From contig CAYVHK010000004.1 of NCBI GenBank assembly GCA_964451145.1, forward strand, positions 3,844-67,843: DNA of 64,000 nt. The letters are read 5' to 3'. The notes beneath the pieces are model-generated. The model searched no databases. It saw nothing but the letters and a program-made list of their open reading frames with translations, and was not told the DNA's origin. Below are positions 10,819 through 20,860 of this stretch, one piece after another. Origin of the DNA: an uncultured bacterium (GTDB taxonomy: Bacteria > Poribacteria > WGA-4E > UBA9662). The position numbers were made by a program, and so were the translations under genes. Position 1 is the stretch's first letter, and every line of letters begins with the position of its first letter.

Positions 10819-12057
10819 TTACCAAATTAGTAAACCAACGATGGTTCCTGTCATATTGGCAGCAAAAAAACCTGCAATCATCGATCTTAGACCAATTTTG
10901 GCTAAATCAACTCTTCGTTCGGGTGCAATGCCTCCAATTCCACCGATTTGGATTGCGACTGAAGCAAAATTAGAAAATCCACACAGAGCGTAAGATAGGA
11001 TAATTATGCTTCGATTCGAAAACACTTCATCCGACATCTGTTGTGCAAAGCTGGTGTAGGCGATCAATTCGGTAAGAACAATTTTTTCTCCTAATAAAGC
11101 ACCCGCAGACATAACTTCGGCAAGTGGTATACCCATAAAGATAGCAAACGGAGCAAATAGATAGCCAAATAGTAGCTCTAAACTAAGTCCGACGGTGGAA
11201 AGAATTCCATTGACTAAAGCAATGAGAGCCACGAAAGCAATCAACATAGCAGCAACATTAAGCGCAAGATGCATACCTTCAGATGCCCCCCGGCTAGCGG
11301 CTTCGATGAGGTTAGAATCAGTCCGCTCAATTTTGATTTTAGTTGTGGTTGCCGTGACAGGTATTTCCGTTTCAGGAATCATGATTTTTGAGATTGCCAA
11401 AGCTGCAGGAGCACTCATCACACTAGCCGTTAATAGGTGGCCTGCAATATTGGGCACATGATCCGATAACATTCGAACATAAATTGCCATCACACCGCCT
11501 GCAATGGTCGCAAAACCACCCGTCATCACTGCCATTAATTCACTTTGAGTCAAATCTTTAATAAATGGTTTAATAATCAGAGGTGCTTCTATTTGACCAA
11601 CAAATATATTAGCCGAGGTACAGAGTGTTTCAGCGGCTGATGTTTTCATTGTCTTTTGCATCAGCTTGGCAAACAGAGAAGTAATGATTTCCATGATACC
11701 AATATGATATAGAATGGACATAACCGCAGAGAAAAAAATGATTGTCGGCAAAACACGAAAGGCGATGTTTAACATTGGCGCCTCGACTGAATTGGTTACG
11801 AAAGACTGGAAAATAAAGTCAGCACCCTTATCAGAGTAAGCTAAAAGATTAGTGAAAAAATCATCAAAAAGACGAAAAAACACTTCGCCAAGATTTAAAT
11901 TGCCAATTCGGCCATAGAGAATACAAACCGCAAAAATAATCTGTAATCCAATTCCCCATAGTACTGGTCGCCAATTAATTGCGCGTCTGTTAGTACTTAT
12001 TAGATAGGCAATACCTAATGGAAAAAAGACACCTATTAGACCAAAAAAACGTTCCAT
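10819..12057 (-). CDS. nupC: concentrative nucleoside transporter (NupC/CNT family)
   Basis: 412 aa polytopic membrane protein with CNT N- and C-terminal conserved segments (GIGLQIIFA..., ...GGIAPERR...). Confidence 0.75.
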   Translation of the reverse strand: MERFFGLIGVFFPLGIAYLISTNRRAINWRPVLWGIGLQIIFAVCILYGRIGNLNLGEVFFRLFDDFFTNLLAYSDKGADFIFQSFVTNSVEAPMLNIAFRVLPTIIFFSAVMSILYHIGIMEIITSLFAKLMQKTMKTSAAETLCTSANIFVGQIEAPLIIKPFIKDLTQSELMAVMTGGFATIAGGVMAIYVRMLSDHVPNIAGHLLTASVMSAPAALAISKIMIPETEIPVTATTTKIKIERTDSNLIEAASRGASEGMHLALNVAAMLIAFVALIALVNGILSTVGLSLELLFGYLFAPFAIFMGIPLAEVMSAGALLGEKIVLTELIAYTSFAQQMSDEVFSNRSIIILSYALCGFSNFASVAIQIGGIGGIAPERRVDLAKIGLRSMIAGFFAANMTGTIVGLLIW

Positions 12058-12324
12058 ATTACTGCTTATTTTAAATATAGGTATAAGACTCGAGTTCTAT
12101 TCAAACCTCAGAGACCTTCTTCACAAGTTAAATACATTAGGCTGCCTATCATCACTATCCAAAAATGGGACAGGATAGGCTGAGTTTGGGTTAGAAGCCA
12201 TGTTAACTGCTGCAATTTCATTGTCATAGAGTCATAATAATTATAAGGATATTTCTTAGAATAAAAATACTAGAGGTCATTTTTCTATTTAAATCTCTTT
12301 CATCATGTCAAGACAACGGAAAAA

Positions 12325-12371
12325 CTTAATGGCATTATAACCAACCGATTATAATGCCATTAAGTTTTTTT
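12325..12371. terminator. orphan bidirectional rho-independent terminator (perfect 16-bp stem, 8-nt loop, A-run upstream / T7 downstream)
   Basis: CTTAATGGCATTATAA-ccaaccga-TTATAATGCCATTAAG followed by TTTTTTT and preceded by GGAAAAA; no flanking gene is oriented to use it. Confidence 0.6.
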
Positions 12372-13147
12372 ATCAAATCATTTAACCCAGAAATACCGAA
12401 ATAGAAAAGTATTAATAATCATAAGTAATTTGCTCTAATTTTGTTAAGTAATCATCATAACTACTTTATTGATCATTTAGGGAAAAAGAAAAATCTCAAA
12501 TCATTATTCCTACTAGTAATAATTTGTTACCAGTTGTATGCGGTGTGAAATAAAAAAAGGATTGAAACTGCATAAAAAACAAGAAACAGGTTTGCAAATT
12601 GGTGTCTGAAAACAAGTATAGTCAGCCAGCTATACCAATTCCAACAGAACGAACCTGATTCCTAATTTTCTCACTTTAGGACGTGGACGCGACTAACTTC
12701 AATGGTCTCTGAAGCTACCAACACGTTTTATTCCGATTGGATTTCTGTAGTATTGAATATCGCGCAATGGCTTTCAAAAGTTACTAATTCCAAGCCAGTA
12801 ATCATCAGCTTGATAATTTAAAAAAGAAGTAGTCAAAAATTATAGATTGATAACTAAGTACTAATGGGTACTTAATCAATTACAATTATTGATCAAAAAT
12901 TGTCTCGGGTTATTTTAACTATCAATATGATATTGAATAGTCCTGGTCCAACCACCATATTTAACTGATTGTGAATCTGTTATTCAAATGATAGAATTGC
13001 CACAATTTCCATTTCAAATTTTATTTGGGTTATGGTCTAACCTTCTGGTTGGAAAATGTAGGTGTTTTTTTATCTCGATTGTACATTGCTAACCAATTTG
13101 TCACTGATAACCCAAAGTTTTCCTAATAGAAAAAGGAGTCTCATCAT

Positions 13148-15238
13148 TTGGGTTTTCTAAATCCAGTCTTTTTATTCGGCATGATGGCAACCGCTATACC
13201 TTTGCTGATTCATTTGTGGCATCGTCGTCAGGCCAAGAACATCGTTTTCAGTAGCCTGATGTTTTTGACGCTGGCTCACAAGCAAACAGCTCGGCGTATA
13301 CAACTTTATAATTTGTTGGTTTTAGTTCTACGAATGATGATTATTGCCTTGATTACTCTAGCTCTTTGCCGTCCATTACTAAAGAATAATGTATTTTTTG
13401 TTGGTCATCGGACAAATACTAGCTGTGTTATCATCCTAGACCATTCGTATAGTATGGGCTACCGAGATATAGACGGTCAACGATTTTCCATTGCTCAAGA
13501 AAAAGCTACTGAAGTTATTAATTCCTTGAAAAATGGAGATGAAGCCACAGTAATTCTGATGTCGGATATAGCCTCGGCTATTTTTCGCCAACTAACTACT
13601 GATCTCAGGTCGGTACGAACTGCAATCCAACAGGCAAAACTTACTTACCGGACTACCAATATCACACCAAGTTTAGATTTAGCTCATGAAATTTTGGCTC
13701 AATCGAACAATCATAATCGAGAAATTTATTTGATTACTGATCTTGCTGGTTGGAAACAAACTCAACCCATTGCCAATCGATCAGGATCAAAAATTTTCAT
13801 TTTACCCATCGGTCAACATTTGGCAGAAAATCTCGGTTTATCTAAGGTTGCTAAAAATACCCCTCTAGTTGCTGTAGATCTTCCTATTCAAATTGAAGCT
13901 CAAGTTAGCAACTTCACTAATGCGCGATTGGGTCAAACATCGGTTCAATTCTTTTTGAATGAGCAAAAGCGACGTCAGTTACAACTTCCAAACGAATCAA
14001 AAAATCTTCTATCAGTTGGTTTCACTCATGCATTTGAGACAATTGGTACACATTTGGGTTACTTGGAATTACCACCAGACCGATTAGAAACTGACAATCG
14101 ACGATATGTCGTCTTTGACGTTTATGGCCAGATTAAGACGTTATGTGTCGTTGACCAATCACTTTATTTGTTAACAGCATTAAACCCATCTTTATTTTTA
14201 CCGACAACTTTATCGACAAATATTACTGATACACAGATATCGACAACTATTCAGCCGAGTATTATTAAGCCCTCTGAAATAACAACTGTTTCGGTCAAGG
14301 ATTGGGACTTATTGTTACTGGCTGATCTGGAGACCTTCTCAGCAGAAATGATCCAGCAATTACAGTCTTTTTTGAGAGCTGGAAAAAGTGTCATTCTATT
14401 CACCGGATCGAATCTGAATTTTGGTAACGAATTAGAAGATTGGCTTGGTGTTTCTTTTTCTGGTAATATTACTTGGAAACCACGAGCTCAAATCGTTTTA
14501 CAAAAAGAACAGCACCCAGTTTTTGCCCCTTTTTTAGCTACTGATTTTTCCGGTGACTCGGTTCCACAATTTTCTCGCAGTTCAAATTTATTACTAAATA
14601 AGTCGGCTCAGGTACTAGCCTATCTGGAAAATCATCAAAAACGAGTACCGTTTTTGGTGGAGTATAGGCCAGAAACCAAAAGTGGATTGAATAAAGGAAC
14701 GGTATTGGTTTTTAACACATCAAGCTATTTGTTAACTGATGCAAACCTGTTGATTACCCCTTACTTCCTTCCTTTAATTCAACAATCGATACTTTACATT
14801 AAGTCTCGAGAAAAAACGATTGACCGTCAATTGGTTGTCAGCCAACCTTTTAAGCTAGATGTGGGGGCTTTGGCAAACCGGGTAGAAATTACTAAGCCTG
14901 ATAGCTTAGAACCAGTTACCATAGAATCCGACGGTGCAATTCATTTCAATCAAACTGATCAGCCGGGCTTCTATCAGGTTGACGTTTATTTCGAAGAAAG
15001 CAAGGAACGCCAATTTTTTACTGTTAATGTTTCACCTACAGAATCCGACTTACGACCGATTGACTTAGAAGAAGCCAAGGCGCGTATATCGGCACAAGTG
15101 TTAGGCAAAGAGCAAGAATTAGGTGAAAAATTAAATACATCTCGGACGGGACGAGAGATTTGGGGGGAATTGCTAGGGTTGGCTCTATTGTTGTTTGGTA
15201 TCGAAAGTCTATTAGTTAACCGGAATCAGAAAAGTTAA
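13148..15238 (+). CDS. BatA-like vWA-domain protein with N-terminal double-TM aerotolerance-type domain
   Basis: TTG start with GGAG 9 nt upstream; N-terminus MGFLNPVFLFGMMATAIPLLIHLWHRRQAKNIVFSSLMFL matches the BatA N-terminal double-TM signature; vWA MIDAS-like region (IILDHSYSM). Confidence 0.7.
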   Translation: MGFLNPVFLFGMMATAIPLLIHLWHRRQAKNIVFSSLMFLTLAHKQTARRIQLYNLLVLVLRMMIIALITLALCRPLLKNNVFFVGHRTNTSCVIILDHSYSMGYRDIDGQRFSIAQEKATEVINSLKNGDEATVILMSDIASAIFRQLTTDLRSVRTAIQQAKLTYRTTNITPSLDLAHEILAQSNNHNREIYLITDLAGWKQTQPIANRSGSKIFILPIGQHLAENLGLSKVAKNTPLVAVDLPIQIEAQVSNFTNARLGQTSVQFFLNEQKRRQLQLPNESKNLLSVGFTHAFETIGTHLGYLELPPDRLETDNRRYVVFDVYGQIKTLCVVDQSLYLLTALNPSLFLPTTLSTNITDTQISTTIQPSIIKPSEITTVSVKDWDLLLLADLETFSAEMIQQLQSFLRAGKSVILFTGSNLNFGNELEDWLGVSFSGNITWKPRAQIVLQKEQHPVFAPFLATDFSGDSVPQFSRSSNLLLNKSAQVLAYLENHQKRVPFLVEYRPETKSGLNKGTVLVFNTSSYLLTDANLLITPYFLPLIQQSILYIKSREKTIDRQLVVSQPFKLDVGALANRVEITKPDSLEPVTIESDGAIHFNQTDQPGFYQVDVYFEESKERQFFTVNVSPTESDLRPIDLEEAKARISAQVLGKEQELGEKLNTSRTGREIWGELLGLALLLFGIESLLVNRNQKS

Positions 15239-15241
15239 CAA

Positions 15242-16414
15242 TTATAACCGATAGGATATTAGTTCGTAAATAATAGGCTGATCAGCAGTGGGAAAGTATT
15301 CGTATTTAACTATTCCAATGTTAGGTATAATCCAATACCGAGCTGCTGGAAGCATTTTAGTATTTGGCTGAGTAGCAAGATCTGTTTCCGTTTGTTCCAT
15401 TTTGGTTGCTTGCTGATTAATTGGTGTAAAAGCTTCTTTGCCTTCAATTATTTCTTCTACCAAATATCCATTTGTGAAATGTCCAGCGGGAACGGTTATG
15501 TCTACTTGATCGGCTAAGACACGTCGTTTCACTTTAACAGTTGGACTAACAGTTTGCTCAAATACTGTCCATTCAATGCCTTTTCGCAAAGGAAACACCC
15601 ACAACTTACGGAAAGTTGGGTGCACATTGTGCATGATGGGAGGCATTGCATTACCAAAGTAAAGATCAAAGGCTCGTTCAGTTAACTCGGTTGATGACTT
15701 AAAGAAGTAAGTAGCATAAATTGGAAGAGCTGCACCAATGAGTAGCTTTCCATTCTGTCGAAAATAACAGCCATTGGCTGATAGATGATCAGTTGTTTTT
15801 CGAGTATAGACAGATAGTCGGCCAGTTTCACGACGAATAATGTAAGGTTTAAAAATATCTTGAACCAACCAGTCGCCAGCTGTTTCCTTTACTGCTGGTG
15901 TGTTAGCCTTTTTGATGGTTAGTGGATTTGGTAATTTAATACCATTGCGTGTGAAAATGCCAGTAATCAGCGTTTCTAGTTCCCGTTTAATTGCTAAGTC
16001 CTGTAACTGATTACTGTTTAGTTCTTCTTTTTCTTTGCCTTCTTCGAACTCTGGCAACTCAATTCGGGACAACTCGTCCAAAATCCGGTCGAACTCTTGG
16101 GCCATGTCAAATAAATGTAACTCACCACCTGAATTTTCAGCACTCTCGTATTTAGAGGTCATCTGACGAAAGGTGAAGCCAGCATCAAAACGAGTTTCCC
16201 CGGTCACGAAAAGCTGATGGCTTTGACGGGGATCGTCTCCATTTCGGTAGTGCCACTCAGCACCAGTAGGAGTTGGAAATTCGGGAGCGTGTAGCCCATC
16301 AGTGCTGGGGGCTTGAAATTTAGACTTGTCAATTGGGTCTAAAATTCCCTCGCTGTTGCAACCAGCCAGAACTATGACCAAAATTACGATTATTAAAAAA
16401 AACGTTTTTGCCAT
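15242..16414 (-). CDS. hypothetical lipoprotein
   Basis: 390 aa; lipoprotein signal ...VLAGC at N-terminus. Confidence 0.5.
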   Translation of the reverse strand: MAKTFFLIIVILVIVLAGCNSEGILDPIDKSKFQAPSTDGLHAPEFPTPTGAEWHYRNGDDPRQSHQLFVTGETRFDAGFTFRQMTSKYESAENSGGELHLFDMAQEFDRILDELSRIELPEFEEGKEKEELNSNQLQDLAIKRELETLITGIFTRNGIKLPNPLTIKKANTPAVKETAGDWLVQDIFKPYIIRRETGRLSVYTRKTTDHLSANGCYFRQNGKLLIGAALPIYATYFFKSSTELTERAFDLYFGNAMPPIMHNVHPTFRKLWVFPLRKGIEWTVFEQTVSPTVKVKRRVLADQVDITVPAGHFTNGYLVEEIIEGKEAFTPINQQATKMEQTETDLATQPNTKMLPAARYWIIPNIGIVKYEYFPTADQPIIYELISYRL

Positions 16415-16481
16415 TTATCTAGCCATCGGATGATTGAAATTGACAAAAAATCAAACTAGAGTAAAAAAACTCATAACAGGC

Positions 16482-17720
16482 TTATTTTTTCACTTGGTTA
16501 GCTACTGCTAGGGCTCTTGCACTGACCCCTAAAACTGACAAAAACCCCTCTGAGTCAGCATGATTAAAGTTACCAATATCTTCCATTGATGCCGTTTCTT
16601 CTGAGTAAAGAGAATGGGGAACTGAAGCTCCTGAATGGAATGAAATATTGCCTTTATAAAGAGCTACAGTAATCTCACCGGATGCCAACTGGCTGAAGGA
16701 TTGTATAGCAGCTAATTGACTTTGAGTAGCCGGATCAAACCAATAGCCTTCATAAATTTGCTCAGCTATCAGGTCAGATAATCGGCTTAAAACACACCGC
16801 GCACGTCGATCTAAGATCAGTTGCAGAAGGTATTCATAACATTGACCGATCACTTCCATACCTGGTGATTCATAAACGCCGCGACTTTTGATACCGACAA
16901 AACGATTTTCCACTACGTGAATGCCGATACCTACGCCGTTTCGACCGCCAATTTCGTTGGCAGAATCGAATACTTGTACCAAAGGACATGGCTCCCCATT
17001 AACTTCAACAGGTCGACCTTTATCAAAACGAATAGTCAAGTATTCAACTTTGTCTGGTGCATCTTTAGGATGTACCCCCATGCCAGGGGTGATAAAACTG
17101 GCTGGTGTTTTTAGTGATTCCAATGTACCTGCTTCATGAGTCAAACCCAGCAAATTAGCATCAGTCGAATATGGCTTCTCATAAGTGGCAGTAATAGGTA
17201 AATTGTTTTTGTTACAGTAGTCGATCATTTCTTTTCGACCACCAAAATTCTGCAAAAAGGCCTCATCTCGCCAAGGGGCATAAACTTCAAAATTGGGATC
17301 TATCATGTTCGTAGCCAGTTGGAAGCGAACTTGGTCGTTTCCTCGACCAGTAGATCCATGCGACAAAATCATTATTCCCTGTTTTTTCATAGATTTCAAC
17401 AAAACAGCAACCGTAACGTGTCGGGCAATTCCAGTTGTATTCCAATACCCACCTTCGTAGGTTGCCTGTGATTGAACCAGTTGTAAGCCAGCCTCAGCTA
17501 GCTCATCAACAGCGACCACCAAAGTTGATTCAATAGCACCACAAGCGAGCATCCGATTCCGTATTTCGCCCATATCCTTCTCATCAGGTTGCCCCAAATC
17601 AGCCGTGAAGCAGAAGACATCCACCCCTTGATTAGCTAACCAATGAGTGATAGTACAACTGTCTAATCCACCGGATACTGCTATGCCAACAGCCTTCCCT
17701 TTTAATTGATCTATTTTCAA
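16482..17720 (-). CDS. argG: argininosuccinate synthase
   Basis: 412 aa; PP-loop AVSGGLDS, conserved ASS family blocks throughout. Confidence 0.9.
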   Translation of the reverse strand: MKIDQLKGKAVGIAVSGGLDSCTITHWLANQGVDVFCFTADLGQPDEKDMGEIRNRMLACGAIESTLVVAVDELAEAGLQLVQSQATYEGGYWNTTGIARHVTVAVLLKSMKKQGIMILSHGSTGRGNDQVRFQLATNMIDPNFEVYAPWRDEAFLQNFGGRKEMIDYCNKNNLPITATYEKPYSTDANLLGLTHEAGTLESLKTPASFITPGMGVHPKDAPDKVEYLTIRFDKGRPVEVNGEPCPLVQVFDSANEIGGRNGVGIGIHVVENRFVGIKSRGVYESPGMEVIGQCYEYLLQLILDRRARCVLSRLSDLIAEQIYEGYWFDPATQSQLAAIQSFSQLASGEITVALYKGNISFHSGASVPHSLYSEETASMEDIGNFNHADSEGFLSVLGVSARALAVANQVKK

Positions 17721-18073
17721 TTTTTGTTCCTTGATGCTGTATTTTCGTTTTTATTATTGCTTGTTTGTGCTTTTAGATTTACGGTACTTAACAGGCGCAT
17801 ATTCTATCAGAGTCGATTTTTCACTTCAACCACTTTGGTTGCACAGAACAAAGTATATTTGCTGAATTAACATTGGTCGGCATTGTTAATTACTATCGAT
17901 AATTCTCATTCATATAAGGCCGAGTTAGGTATTCTATGAGCTTTAATTTTAGCCCACTTCACAGGTGTTTTCTCTTTTTTTATTTGGGAATCCAAAGCTA
18001 GATGATATTCAACCAACTCAAATATCTCTTGATTGATTGTTTTAAGTCGAACTGGACCGATATTCGGAGCTAA

Positions 18074-18560
18074 TCACGCATAACTTAGCCAATTTTTCTT
18101 TTGATCATTACGATGATTTACCATTTCTTCTGAGATTCGCAGTACACGCCGAAAATGACCGGCTTTAACCTTTACATTTTCCACACTCAGGATTTTATAA
18201 TTACTGATCAAAATATCTTTCGCTTTTTTCTGATGAAACCGCACACCACTAGTTGACCACTTCTTTTCCAATCTCATCTCAGTTGTTTAGGAATAAACAG
18301 CTGATCATCGGCATATTTATAAGTTGTAGAACGAATTTTTCGATCTTTCCTTTCCTTTGCTTAAACTGAATCAAATCGGATTGATGCCAACCAGTAACTT
18401 TATGACTCAAAAAGTAAGACCTAAAGTTGATAGTGTTGTGAATTACAACCATGTTTCGATTAGCATTTTTAACCCGTTTGGATCTTTTATGCGTTCGATT
18501 TTCAGCCCTTTCCTATTCCATCGATAAAACTTGAGTGGTATGTGTCACACTGTTTCCTCG
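18074..18560 (-). pseudogene. decayed reverse-transcriptase remnant (group II intron/retron-like RT fragments in three frames)
   Basis: Minus-strand frames contain ...KVTGWHQSDLIQF (motif-4-like), then frame-shifted YKYADDQLFI (RT motif 5, YADD at ~18304-18315), then ORF 18074-18277 GVRFHQKKAKDILIS (motif-6-like); multiple stops/frameshifts. Confidence 0.35.
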
Positions 18561-18758
18561 TCGGTGGAATACCCACTTATTGCCAATACTTACAGGGAAA
18601 TAATCTTCTGAAACTAGCTGAGAAGCTACAAAGAAGAAAATAAAAGTTGAAAATTGGACAACCGTATGCCTAGTTAATATTTTCCTCATTTCTTATCGCT
18701 CTAGATACTTACTTTTGCCGTCCGCTGTATTATAACACAATAAAATTGCCATCCACGT

Positions 18759-19958
18759 CTATGATTCGTTGTCAGATCGCTGGGGCAAGGTTTCAGGTAC
18801 TAACCGCCAAAAAATTATTACTGCTAAATAGCCAATAGCAGATAAAAAGACGATTGATGTGCGCAGTTGCCATAAATCGGCAATGCTACCAACCAAAAAT
18901 GGTCCCATATTACCACCAATGTCGCCTGTAATTCTCCATAAACTTAAAAAACTATTGATATCGTTAGTCGGGGCTAAATCAGCTCCTAAAGTCATCATGG
19001 TGCCAGAACAAAGGCCATTACCAATACCCATAAAAAGCGTCGAAAGCAACAACGGCCAGAAAGTTCGAGTAAATGCTAACGCCAAGATTCCAGTGGAAAA
19101 GAGACTAAAACCCGGGATCATAGCTGATTTCCGGCCGTATTTGTCCATTAAAGCACCTGCTAGAGGAAACATCAACATGTCTACCGCAGAGGACGTTGCA
19201 ACAACCTGACGTACTTCTCTCGGCGCTAACCCGACTTCCTCATTGGCAAAAAGTGGCACCATTAGCGATCGTCCTCTACGAATAGTTTGAATACAGATTT
19301 GAGCTAAACCGGCAGTAGTTAGAATAGCAAAGTTGGCCTGTAATAAATTGAACTGTTTTTTCCAGACAGTTCCTGATATTTGGGGCTGTAAATCAGTTTT
19401 TACTAAGTGGTCTTTGACAAAAATAAGACAGATAACAGCCGTAAATATAGCCATAACCGCATAGATAAAGAAGGGAAGTCTCAAACTTTGGCCCAAGAAA
19501 ATTATCACTACTTGTCCCACAAAAGAGGCAATTCGATTGATACCACCAAAAGTGGCCAACGATCTACCCCGATTAGTGATAGGAATTATTTGGGTCATAT
19601 AAGCATGCCGAGATAACGACCACAAAGCGGTACCCATACCACTTAGAAGTTGTAATGTCACAAGTTCAGGGACTTTGGTTGCTAAACCAATACCAATACT
19701 TGATAATGATAGTATCATTGTGCCGGCTACCATGGACCATTTATGGCCGATTTTGTTCAATAATAAACCGGCCGGAATGTTGCCCAAAACCGCCGTGGCA
19801 ATAATGAACATCGTCATGGCATAGGATAAATCGAACGATTTGATATAGAGACTGAGAGTGGGGTTAACTACACCATAACCAAAGGCTAACAAAAAAGTTG
19901 GAAGGTATATGGGGCAAATTAGGTTCCGTCGAGAAAACTGACCATCGACACTTATCAT
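18759..19958 (-). CDS. MFS transporter
   Basis: 399 aa, 12 predicted TM segments, MFS-type loop motifs. Confidence 0.7.
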   Translation of the reverse strand: MISVDGQFSRRNLICPIYLPTFLLAFGYGVVNPTLSLYIKSFDLSYAMTMFIIATAVLGNIPAGLLLNKIGHKWSMVAGTMILSLSSIGIGLATKVPELVTLQLLSGMGTALWSLSRHAYMTQIIPITNRGRSLATFGGINRIASFVGQVVIIFLGQSLRLPFFIYAVMAIFTAVICLIFVKDHLVKTDLQPQISGTVWKKQFNLLQANFAILTTAGLAQICIQTIRRGRSLMVPLFANEEVGLAPREVRQVVATSSAVDMLMFPLAGALMDKYGRKSAMIPGFSLFSTGILALAFTRTFWPLLLSTLFMGIGNGLCSGTMMTLGADLAPTNDINSFLSLWRITGDIGGNMGPFLVGSIADLWQLRTSIVFLSAIGYLAVIIFWRLVPETLPQRSDNES

Positions 19959-20026
19959 GTTAGTGGTAAACCTATTCTTAATAATTGCCGAATAGTTAAG
20001 TGGAAATTTATCGAGAAGGTGGTCGG

Positions 20027-20854
20027 TTAACGTTCAAAAAGATCGTTTAGATGATCGATCTGATGATCAACAAAAACAGCATTGTGATCTAAATCAGGAT
20101 TAATAAATGCTGATTCACAACCCCTTTGGTATTGCAATGTCCGCTCACGCTTTAGCCAGCTGATATTATATACACAAGCGATCATATGTCGTGGTCGTTT
20201 ACTATTATTAGTTACTCCCCGATGCCATAGGCGGACATCACGAATTAGCACCCCCCCTTTTCTGACATTGCCTCGTATCGGGGGACAGATATCACGTCTA
20301 GAGCATTCTACTCCGACTGTCAAGTCCATCGTCATATCTAAGTGTGTTCCTGGCCATAATTCAACACTGCCATTTTCTTCATTGGTGTCTCTGGGTGAGA
20401 TATTAACCACTATGGAAGCCGTTGGATGAGGTTTAGTCATATTAGCCCATAGAATTGGCCCATCCCGATGTAGTGGTTGGATCTGACTACCAGGACAGTT
20501 AGTGTTGCCATTATAAAAAGCGTTGAAAGCCCTGACCCCAAGCAAACATTTGGCAACTTGAATTACGAAGGGATTAGCCACCACATCCTCAACCACATAA
20601 GGCGCATGACGGGGTGGTCCTTGTTGTAGGTGGCCGTATATTTTGCCTGCTCCTCCCCATTGTTTTTTTGCTATTAAAATGGTTGAATCTTCGTCCATTT
20701 GTTGGCCAATCTGATCTAAATATTTGCAGTTAACAATGTTCTCGATTATGGCGTAGCCGTCTTGTCGAATAGCAGTCAACACTAAGGATAACATGTGATC
20801 TGAAAGGTGCCCCTTGGCAATTTGGAATGCTTCTGGGGTGAAAATATTCATCAA
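20027..20854 (-). CDS. phytanoyl-CoA dioxygenase (PhyH) family Fe(II)/2OG dioxygenase
   Basis: 275 aa; HxD (LHRDGP) and distal His motifs of PhyH family; 6 bp downstream of PhyH-HEAT gene. Confidence 0.65.
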   Translation of the reverse strand: MMNIFTPEAFQIAKGHLSDHMLSLVLTAIRQDGYAIIENIVNCKYLDQIGQQMDEDSTILIAKKQWGGAGKIYGHLQQGPPRHAPYVVEDVVANPFVIQVAKCLLGVRAFNAFYNGNTNCPGSQIQPLHRDGPILWANMTKPHPTASIVVNISPRDTNEENGSVELWPGTHLDMTMDLTVGVECSRRDICPPIRGNVRKGGVLIRDVRLWHRGVTNNSKRPRHMIACVYNISWLKRERTLQYQRGCESAFINPDLDHNAVFVDHQIDHLNDLFER

Positions 20855-20860
20855 AAATCC

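Noticed and set aside
17721-18758. Search for tRNA, tmRNA, RNase P or SRP RNA in the long intergenic regions (also 12058-13147, 62605-62987)
   Set aside because: I found no T-loop (GTTCGAATC/GTTCAAATC), CCA-end context, RNase P P4 (AGGAAAGTCCGG) or SRP motif by eye. The absence is not proven.
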